Origin: Amoeboradix gromovi X-113 | Lineage: Eukaryota > Fungi > Sanchytriomycota | NCBI GenBank assembly: GCA_018985225.1 | Contig: JADGIF010000230.1 | Coordinates: 1 to 13,679 of the forward strand | DNA: 13,679 nucleotides | Direction of reading: 5' to 3' | Part shown: positions 1 through 7,297 of the stretch, one piece after another | Position numbering within the stretch: the stretch's first letter is position 1 | How the letters are laid out: each line of letters starts with the position of its first letter | Translations under genes and position numbers: made by a program | Notes under the pieces: model-generated | Database searches by the model: none | Told to the model about the DNA's origin: nothing | Seen by the model: the letters and a program-made list of their open reading frames with translations, nothing else

Positions 1-80
1 CACTTACCCAAGTTGTCTACACTGAAGGAGTGTGGGATCTCGAAGTAATTTGAGAGCTTCACATTTAACGTAGGCGTCAT
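1..80 (-). CDS. Possible first exon of a gene running off the left edge (MTPTLNVKLSNYFEIPHSFSVDNLG...)
   Basis: ATG at 80-78 on the minus strand, with the frame open to the window edge and a consensus-like donor G|GTAAGT at 8|7-2. No recognisable homology. Confidence 0.3.
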   Translation of the reverse strand, partial: MTPTLNVKLSNYFEIPHSFSVDNLGK

Positions 81-108
81 AAAATATGACTATAATTAAG
101 TTGCACAT

Positions 109-541
109 ATGAAGGTTTGTTAAAATTTGAGAGACTACATCGAAGAAACTTTTGCAATTGTCTGTAGATTTTGAAGCGCATTCCTCTGAAATTCAAACAC
201 TCCTTATGGATCCCGACTTAAGAGTCCTAGTGGACGAGTTATTAGTGAAGTCAACCACCGCTAGTACTGTTGAAAGCATGAGAAAAGCAGCCTTGGATGA
301 ACATACTCAATTAGGTATCCAAAAGGATAAGGATATCGTATTACTACAAAACCAACTACAACAATTGCAGAATCAACTGAACACCAAAAAGCAACAAAAC
401 AAAGTTGTAGAGCTATTAAACACGTATAAAAAACTTACTAACAATATCACGGAACATAATAGCCTTCTTGAGTTCCATAAAAAGAACACATTTAGCCTCA
501 ATTGGGATAACATTGCTGAGTTGGACGCTAATTTAGATTGA
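109..541 (+). CDS. Small coiled-coil protein of unknown function. Proposed model join(109..114,134..541), about 137 aa; alternative start at ATG 206.
   Basis: The frame is open from 131 to the TGA at 539-541 and contains a heptad/Gln-rich helix (LLQNQLQQLQNQLNTKKQQ). The ORF-track start at 152 is TTG, unlikely in a eukaryote. ATG AAG at 109-114 joins in frame if 115..133 is spliced. Confidence 0.6.
115..133 (+). other. Candidate 19-nt spliceosomal intron GTTTGTTAAAATTTGAGAG
   Basis: AAG|GT donor and AG end. Removal gives MK|TTSKKLLQLS in frame. The acceptor is the atypical GAG. Confidence 0.4.
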
Positions 542-553
542 AATATTTACTTT

Positions 554-2218
554 TTACCTAAATTTTTGAATAAACCATTTTACATAATCTGGTATTTCAC
601 TTTTCAGATATGCATTATATCCCAGTCGCTGAGGTCCTAGCTGCAATATTCCTTCTAGATTCTTCGTCATTGGACTGTTCTCTATATTGTACAAATTCCA
701 TGTGAACACAAAGTCGTCCACTATCCGTACTCGCTCTCCTTTTACTGATAGCAACTCTACAGTCATATTTCCTTTGTCTCCTGGTATCTGTATCAGCCAT
801 CCTACATTATCTACATATTCTGAAGATGGATGATATATTGGCAAATCTACGTCGTGCTCAATTGACTTGTAGCTTTGGTAATTACTTTTGCTACTTGTGT
901 TGTGCAGTAAACATTTCTTTAATGCACTTTGTGCTAACGTAATCAATGACTTGTATTCATTAGGTATCCCTCTTACACTGCACTTGTGTATTAGCTGGTA
1001 TATGAACGCGTTACTTATCGAGTCACTAATCGGCTCGTATATCTCAATAACCTCGGAGGATCTAACAAATCTAATAATTCGGTCGGCAGACCTAAAATGG
1101 AAGTCGTCATTCTTCCAGAGCGCAGCCCTCCATGAAGAATCTACTTTTATATAGGAATCGACTTTAAATTCACATAATTCATCAAAAGAGTTACCTTGAA
1201 TCATGATAGAGTGAAAACGCTTAACAAGTTTGTTACTGGCATCCAGGGCAATTCTCAAGGCCATTTTGGCTTTGATTGGTAACTGGGTAGTGCAAAATGT
1301 ACTGTAGTTGCTAAATACTTCATATAGCGCATTTGCGTCAAAATCTAAGCATTTTGATTCAGAATCAAAAAACTCATCAACAATTTGCGTAGGTAACAAA
1401 GTTACACTTCCATTGACATGTACCGCGCAGCTAGGCTGCTGAATCAGTATATCACCAGTCTTGAGGACAGCTATTTTGTTGTTTTGTAGTGACTTTACAA
1501 ATGGACTAATGAACAACGTTTCTAATGGATTAAAAAGATTAAAAAAATAAGTTCCAGATAAGAGATCACTCGCATTAGATCTACAATGGGGATCAGACTT
1601 CATCATGTTGGAAACGAACTTTTTATATGGTAGCGGGATCAGATTGGGTTGCCATTTTAACTGAATGATGTTTGTCATAGTTTTTTTAGCAGTGCCACCT
1701 TCAAATGGTAGAGTGCCAGTAAGCAACGCAAAGCAGCAAACACCAGCAGCAAATACGTCACTCTTGTGTGAAGGGGCCTCTCGATTTAATAACAGTTCAG
1801 GTGCCAAATAATTTGGAGTTCCAGATAATTCAACGGTTTCATTTGTATTGACAGCTAAGCCAAAGTCATTTAATTTGACATCGTATTGTTCATTAAGAAG
1901 AATATTGGCTAGTTTGACATCACGATGGATAATCCCAATAGATTGTAAATAGGATAATGCATTACATAGTTGATATATCCATAAATCAAACATAAAAGAC
2001 ATGTTATTATGGCTATCAAATATGTGCTGTAGGTCACCAATGCAGGCTTCCAATAAAATGCCTTGAGGATGTGTATTTAAAAATTGTATAATATTTGGAT
2101 GGGACATGGTCCTTAGAAATTGAACTTCCCGCTTGCTGGGGTTAGTTTTTAATGCACACTTGCTGTTATTCTTGGACAATAAATACACTGAAGAAGAAGA
2201 ACCTTTTCCCAAAAGCAT
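554..2218 (-). CDS. PLK4: Polo-like kinase 4 (Sak/PLK4-type centriole duplication kinase), compact 554 aa
   Basis: The kinase domain has LGKGSSSSVY, ALK, HRDVKLANILL, DFGLA and GTPNYLAPE (Polo-type). It is followed by cryptic-polo-box-like segments (IAVLKTGDILI, LPIKAKMALRIA, AALWKNDDFHF) and a PB3-like C-terminus (YVDNVGWLIQ resembles FVKNVGWATQ; EIPDYVK resembles KLPDYIK of animal PLK4). Confidence 0.85.
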   Translation of the reverse strand: MLLGKGSSSSVYLLSKNNSKCALKTNPSKREVQFLRTMSHPNIIQFLNTHPQGILLEACIGDLQHIFDSHNNMSFMFDLWIYQLCNALSYLQSIGIIHRDVKLANILLNEQYDVKLNDFGLAVNTNETVELSGTPNYLAPELLLNREAPSHKSDVFAAGVCCFALLTGTLPFEGGTAKKTMTNIIQLKWQPNLIPLPYKKFVSNMMKSDPHCRSNASDLLSGTYFFNLFNPLETLFISPFVKSLQNNKIAVLKTGDILIQQPSCAVHVNGSVTLLPTQIVDEFFDSESKCLDFDANALYEVFSNYSTFCTTQLPIKAKMALRIALDASNKLVKRFHSIMIQGNSFDELCEFKVDSYIKVDSSWRAALWKNDDFHFRSADRIIRFVRSSEVIEIYEPISDSISNAFIYQLIHKCSVRGIPNEYKSLITLAQSALKKCLLHNTSSKSNYQSYKSIEHDVDLPIYHPSSEYVDNVGWLIQIPGDKGNMTVELLSVKGERVRIVDDFVFTWNLYNIENSPMTKNLEGILQLGPQRLGYNAYLKSEIPDYVKWFIQKFR

Positions 2219-2395
2219 GGTTTCGTGGAGAAGTCGTCTCGCGGAATAATTGCATTTTTAAAAGTAGTGCAATTAAAAGAGTTGTATAGTCATACAGAGT
2301 AATTTCAGCGTGATTCTCTTGTCCTCAGCTTTACATAAATAGAGGTGAAAAAAAACTTTCAATTCGAGGGAATTATAAAACAGGTTGAAATATTC

Positions 2396-3316
2396 ATGGA
2401 GGATCGCAGATTTAAGCAATTTGGTGATAGCGACGACGAGAGCATACTTCAGAGATTTAGATTTCAGCCGCAATTTAATCTTAATCATTTTCCACCTTGC
2501 GTTGTTCGGCCATTTACTTTTAGGTTACCAATGGATGAAAACGGGTCTACCATCAGAGAAACTTATCAGCCATATGAAATACAAGAATATGAAGAGCGCA
2601 CATATGTTGTGCTGTTATTTTTAAGAAGCTGGATAGAGTTGGAGCATTTAAGAGCTACTATTGATCGAGACTTGAATACGCGAGTACGAGTTAGCGGACA
2701 AGTCAAGCTACCTGTTTTAGAATATGACTTCATGAGTGCTCATGTTGATTTATACAATCCCAAGGATTCCGGATTGGTCCTGGAATGGGGAATTACGTCA
2801 CTTTATCGTAATTTAAAGAAAGTCGGCAAAGAAAATGGAAACGTCCTGCTTGAGTTCTCGAAGGACATTGAGACTAGCGTGCCATTAGACCATGCATCCT
2901 CTTTTTTAATTCCACAACCACTTGAAGCGGATGAGCAAACTTGGCAACTTGTAGAGTTTCCTAGTACCGGATTATGGCCACCAAATTCCAAAGAGGATTC
3001 TGAGATTGCATACTGGGCATTTAGAAGGATTGAAAGTCCCATAGCATCCCAGCCTTTTGGCCAAGCATCTGAGTCAAGGCCTGACAGTGACGAGAGAAGC
3101 GGATATCAATACCAGCCAACTTACCCAAATCAGTACAGGTATAGGGGTAGAGCTAGATATCGAACATCATACAATGGGAGAGGCCCTTCCACGTATTCAC
3201 CTCACTTTTCTAATCCGGGGTTCGACAGGGGACCAGGGTTTGACAGAGGCTTTGATAGAGGAAGGCGAGGAACACGGCCATATAGACCGCGAGGATTTAG
3301 AGGAAGATATCCATAA
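2396..3316 (+). CDS. Hypothetical protein with a putative HSP20/alpha-crystallin-like beta-sandwich and a C-terminal Tyr/Arg/Gly-rich low-complexity tail
   Basis: Long ORF (frame open from GTG 2345, first ATG at 2396). YEIQEYEERTYVVLLFL...LRATIDRDLNTRVRVSGQVK resembles the alpha-crystallin beta3-beta5 pattern. The tail contains GFDRG repeats and RG dipeptides. AATAAA overlaps the stop. Confidence 0.7.
   Translation: MEDRRFKQFGDSDDESILQRFRFQPQFNLNHFPPCVVRPFTFRLPMDENGSTIRETYQPYEIQEYEERTYVVLLFLRSWIELEHLRATIDRDLNTRVRVSGQVKLPVLEYDFMSAHVDLYNPKDSGLVLEWGITSLYRNLKKVGKENGNVLLEFSKDIETSVPLDHASSFLIPQPLEADEQTWQLVEFPSTGLWPPNSKEDSEIAYWAFRRIESPIASQPFGQASESRPDSDERSGYQYQPTYPNQYRYRGRARYRTSYNGRGPSTYSPHFSNPGFDRGPGFDRGFDRGRRGTRPYRPRGFRGRYP
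3218..3262 (+). repeat. Coding repeat, 3 x GFDR(G)
   Basis: ggg ttc gac agg gga cca ggg ttt gac aga ggc ttt gat aga gga: the peptide is repeated while the synonymous positions have diverged. Confidence 0.8.
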
Positions 3317-3362
3317 ATAAATGAGAATCGTTTTTACCTAAAACAGTTTATTTTGAAATTCG

Positions 3363-5021
3363 CTATATAGTAGAATTGATAGCTGCTGATCGTCTGCTTT
3401 TTCTGCCGCCTTTTGTAGCAACTGTAGGATGCTTCAAAAAAAAAGATATTACAAGAACTATCGCACAGAGTCCAAAGAAAGCACCAAATAATAAATAAAC
3501 TAAAGTGCCATTGAACTGTATAGAACTTTGGGCTTGGACAATTACCATAGTTGTTGATGAACTTGGTATATAATCTACAGTTACAGTGTTCTGAACGTAA
3601 AGTGACTGAAATGTTGTAGAGCTTTTCTTGGCACTACTACCACCTAGTCTAGATTTGACCGATTTTTCACGATAGTCTGTGCCAGATTTGCTCTTCTGAA
3701 GCTCTAAATCCCAAGAAGATTTTTGGACATATATTCTGTCTGACGAAGTAGAAGTAACACCTTCACCTGAATGTAATAAATGATAAGAAGTACCATTAAT
3801 ATATGAGTTTGCAGATGACGAAACTGGCAAATATGAAGACACAAAAGATTCTACCGTTGATATTCGTGTGTTATTACGAGTTGCATCAATGTCTTCATCG
3901 GTAAGTGTTCGGGTTGCTGGATTTTCTAACCAGTTTGAAGAACCAGAATCATACTCTTCGATTGATGAAGTTGTCCCGGAAGAAGTTGTGGCTGCGGTGT
4001 CTGTAGCTGCGATAGAGGGTAGAGATGTGTCAAAACTTGAAGGTGTGGAATACAGAAGAGACTCAGCCTTTTCGAATGTGTAATCTGAAATTGCTTCTAC
4101 CTTTGAGGTTATAAAGTGAGCTATGGTACTGCCCTTGATAGTCGTGCTAACGGGTAACAAGACACTTACGGACATGACGCCAGCGGATTTTGTCATAGTG
4201 GTTGACATGGCGGTACTGCCTTGAAGCGTAGAAGTTGTTGCATAATATAGGCCAATTTTCGTGCACATTGGTAACGATTCCAAGTTTTTGCTTCCTAGAA
4301 GTGGATTATCAGATAAATCACAAGACGTTAACAAGCTGTCGTTTGTTATTACCACATCTGTTACGTAGTTTCCCACTGCGTATAAGGATGTAGGTTTGTA
4401 CAAGGTCAAGGTCCCGGCTAATTTATTTCCATTGTTGCTTGTGCCCAACCACAAGATTTTCAAGCTTGTTGGGAATAAAGGCAAAGTTCCGCTCAACATA
4501 TTCCCATAAGCGTAGAAACTTGATAATCTCTTAGGCAAACTCGGGATAGAACCGGTCAAGAGATTGTTACTTAAAGATATTTGGTTGGACCCTCGAATAG
4601 TTTCTGGAATCACTCCGCTTAATTTGTTGTTCCCTAATATGAGATTCACCAATCCTGAGGGATAAGTAGTGGGAAGAGTTCCGTTGAAGTTATTGTTATT
4701 CAATGCCAAATTCAATAAAGTGGATGGGTATGAAAATGATATTCTACCTGTTAATTGATTGTTATTTAATGCCAAAAGCTTGATGGCCGAGGTTAACAGG
4801 GTTCCATTTATGCTACCATCCAATGACATGAGACTCCAGTCTATTTCAGTAACTCTGCCATTTACACAAGTTATTCCTGTTCCAGAGCTGCAGCAGTTTG
4901 TAGTTATCTTATTCATGACTAGTGGTTGATTAATGTCCAAACGCATCCCTTTGGCTAAATTAATCATATTGGGGCAATCTGCCGATATCGCAGCAACCGC
5001 AAAGTTTATCACACAAAACAT
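3363..5021 (-). CDS. Type-I membrane leucine-rich-repeat receptor-like protein (paralog 1)
   Basis: Hydrophobic N-terminal signal, Cys cap (DC...CC...GITCV.GRVTEI.W), plant-type LRRs (LxLxxNxLxGxIP), CDLSDNPLL C-cap, Ser/Thr-rich stalk, TM helix LVYLLFGAFFGLCAIVLVISFFL and a short basic tail. Confidence 0.9.
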   Translation of the reverse strand: MFCVINFAVAAISADCPNMINLAKGMRLDINQPLVMNKITTNCCSSGTGITCVNGRVTEIDWSLMSLDGSINGTLLTSAIKLLALNNNQLTGRISFSYPSTLLNLALNNNNFNGTLPTTYPSGLVNLILGNNKLSGVIPETIRGSNQISLSNNLLTGSIPSLPKRLSSFYAYGNMLSGTLPLFPTSLKILWLGTSNNGNKLAGTLTLYKPTSLYAVGNYVTDVVITNDSLLTSCDLSDNPLLGSKNLESLPMCTKIGLYYATTSTLQGSTAMSTTMTKSAGVMSVSVLLPVSTTIKGSTIAHFITSKVEAISDYTFEKAESLLYSTPSSFDTSLPSIAATDTAATTSSGTTSSIEEYDSGSSNWLENPATRTLTDEDIDATRNNTRISTVESFVSSYLPVSSSANSYINGTSYHLLHSGEGVTSTSSDRIYVQKSSWDLELQKSKSGTDYREKSVKSRLGGSSAKKSSTTFQSLYVQNTVTVDYIPSSSTTMVIVQAQSSIQFNGTLVYLLFGAFFGLCAIVLVISFFLKHPTVATKGGRKSRRSAAINSTI

Positions 5022-5094
5022 CGGAATGTGGAAAGAGCAAACGCGTTATAAATAGCAAAAGTGATTCGTGCAATTGGTGCACAGTAACTGATTG

Positions 5095-5102
5095 TGATTG
5101 GA
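5095..5102 (-). promoter_or_regulatory. Putative CCAAT box (TCCAATCA) upstream of LRR paralog 1
   Basis: The same 8-mer lies at a similar distance upstream of both LRR paralogs. A TATA-like TATTTATA sits near 5047-5054 on the minus strand. Confidence 0.3.
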
Positions 5103-5148
5103 AGAGCTAGCCACGCCATAAAATAGATATGATTTTATTGTGCTGATA

Positions 5149-6678
5149 CTATGCGGTATGTTTTGTACCAACGGTATTTAACGTGGAAAAGCTGTTTCTT
5201 CTTCCGAATCTGGATTGAATTTTGGGATGTTTAAAAAACTTGGATGCAACTAAAACTACAATGCAAGTGGCAATAAATCCAGAAAACAGCCAGTACACCA
5301 ATAAGCCAGAATCATCATTTGAAAACGCAGTCTCGAGACCTGGGTCTTTAGGATTTTGGTAATCAGTTAATGCACTCTGTGTTTCAATTCCATTTATATC
5401 GTCGTCAGACATAAACAAAACTTCATGATGGATGTTTTTGGTACTTGTTAAACCAAGCATGCTAGTAAAATCAGCCTCATTTGAATAATACGACATCTCA
5501 AAGGTAAAAGTTGGAGCAGACAATGAAATTTTCTCTTCCACAGCAGCTCCAGTCTTGTGAGATTCTTTCAAATCCGCTTCTATTGAAGTTTTTGACTGTC
5601 TCTCGACGACAGAACTGGCGTAATAAAGGTTTGTACTCTCTGCTTTTGGAACATAATCATGTACTGACGACAATTTCAGGTATTCAGAAGATAATTTAGT
5701 GATGGGGAATTTTGATGTTGGAATTGTTTCCACTGAGAAGCTGAATTCTTTTTGAGATGAAATGTCTGAGATGGAATAGTTGTTTTGGTGAGTTGTTGTA
5801 TAATCGGAGATCAAAGTTGTTGTCGTTTCTTGCTGATTAACCGAAGAAAAAGAAGTAACCGAGTTTAAAGTAATCGCATCTTGTGATAAAAGTACTGAAG
5901 GGCTGTAGAGTCCATTTTTCAAGCAGTTGACAGATTTGATGTTTGCATTGTCCAAAAGTGGATTATTTGACAAGTCACAAGTACTTGGGGTCAACAAACT
6001 TGAATCTTGTATAATGATGTCAGTAATGTAGTTGCCGTTTATGTATAACATAGAAGGTTTCTCTAGTCTTAGAGTTCCTGATAGCTTGTTAGGAGTGTTG
6101 AATTGAGTACCCAAATACAGCACCTGCAAGTTTTTCGAAAAAGTAGGCAGCAAACCGGTTAGCCTATTTCCTCCTGCGTAAAAGCGCTTCAACAGAGATG
6201 GCAAAGTTGGTATTGGTCCAGTTAAAAAGTTGTTGCTAAGTGAGATTTCAACTGTAGCAACTATGCTTGGTGGAATGCCACCAGTAAGTTGATTGCTTCT
6301 CAGTAAAAGTATCGATAAGCTTGAAGGATACACTATTGGTAAGCTGCCATTCAACTTGTTGTCATTTAAGTACATGCATATCATCTTAGGCGAATAAATA
6401 GATGGAACTTCGCCAACCAGGTTGTTATAACTTAAATCCAAATAAGTAACGAATGGTGGTATCAGTGAGCTATTCACAGCACCGTCCAAAGATAGCTTTT
6501 TCCAGAAAACCTCCGTTACGCGAGAGTCAACACACGTGATACCAGTCGAATTACAACAATCTTTTGATATGTCGTAAAACAATTGAGGCTGTTTCAAATC
6601 CATGTTCAAACCTAGGGCCAGGGTCTTGATGTTTCCGCAATCTATAGATAGTGCGTAAACCAGAAAATACACAATCAT
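5149..6678 (-). CDS. Type-I membrane leucine-rich-repeat receptor-like protein (paralog 2)
   Basis: Same architecture as 3363..5021: DC...CC..TGITCVDSRVTEVFW cap, LDLSYNNLVGEVP-type LRRs, CDLSNNPLL, S/T stalk, TM LLVYWLFSGFIATCIVVLVA and tail KHPKIQSRFGRRNSFSTL. Confidence 0.9.
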   Translation of the reverse strand: MIVYFLVYALSIDCGNIKTLALGLNMDLKQPQLFYDISKDCCNSTGITCVDSRVTEVFWKKLSLDGAVNSSLIPPFVTYLDLSYNNLVGEVPSIYSPKMICMYLNDNKLNGSLPIVYPSSLSILLLRSNQLTGGIPPSIVATVEISLSNNFLTGPIPTLPSLLKRFYAGGNRLTGLLPTFSKNLQVLYLGTQFNTPNKLSGTLRLEKPSMLYINGNYITDIIIQDSSLLTPSTCDLSNNPLLDNANIKSVNCLKNGLYSPSVLLSQDAITLNSVTSFSSVNQQETTTTLISDYTTTHQNNYSISDISSQKEFSFSVETIPTSKFPITKLSSEYLKLSSVHDYVPKAESTNLYYASSVVERQSKTSIEADLKESHKTGAAVEEKISLSAPTFTFEMSYYSNEADFTSMLGLTSTKNIHHEVLFMSDDDINGIETQSALTDYQNPKDPGLETAFSNDDSGLLVYWLFSGFIATCIVVLVASKFFKHPKIQSRFGRRNSFSTLNTVGTKHTA

Positions 6679-6737
6679 TTAGGATAATATCGAGCTTTAA
6701 TTAGTGACCAGACTATATCAATGCGATAAAAATCCGC

Positions 6738-6745
6738 TGATTGGA
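6738..6745 (-). promoter_or_regulatory. Putative CCAAT box (TCCAATCA) upstream of LRR paralog 2
   Basis: Identical 8-mer to 5095..5102, about 60 nt upstream of the ATG at 6678. Confidence 0.3.
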
Positions 6746-7297
6746 TTCTTTTTGCCGTTAAATGGCTGCATTCAATAGCCATCAAAATTAAGAGTAGCTC
6801 TGTTAATATGTAAGAAAAATAAGACAAGAACATAATATACGATTTTGAGGGGATAACAATTTATCGCTATATCATGAGCTATATCGCAACTATGCACTCT
6901 TTAACTACATAAAACAGTACATTTAAAAACTGGCTAAATTGACGTGCACAATTAGAGGAACCACATTGGTTGAGTAAAATGAAGCATTTACTAGTCAAAC
7001 ATATACAAGGCGTGGTACTTCAGAGAAAACCGATTTGGAGAGTAATACATCCACAAACTGTTAGCTAAAAGTAGGTAGAGACTACATGACAGCAAGGAAC
7101 ATATATGTTTGAAACATAAAGCATCGATATTCAATCTGGAATCACAGTAGTGAAAGCGTGGGCAAACACTGTCACAGAGGCACTTGCCGTTTTAGCTTCT
7201 CTGTGAAAGTTCTTAATCTTCTTGTAAATCAGGAATACTAATGAGGAGAAGTTACATGTTCTCTGCATAGCAGAATTCAAAACGTGGTTTTATATTT

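Noticed and set aside
45-73. GTAATT...TAG 29-nt intron-like segment on the + strand
   Set aside because: It does not link to a supported + strand reading frame. The region is at least as well explained by a minus-strand exon.
7256-7297. ATG TTC TCT GCA TAG CAG... in frame with NPHP4, hinting at TAG reassignment or readthrough
   Set aside because: TAG ends Mdm12 and both LRR genes at plausible C-termini, and the long ORFs contain no internal TAG or TAA, so the standard code fits.
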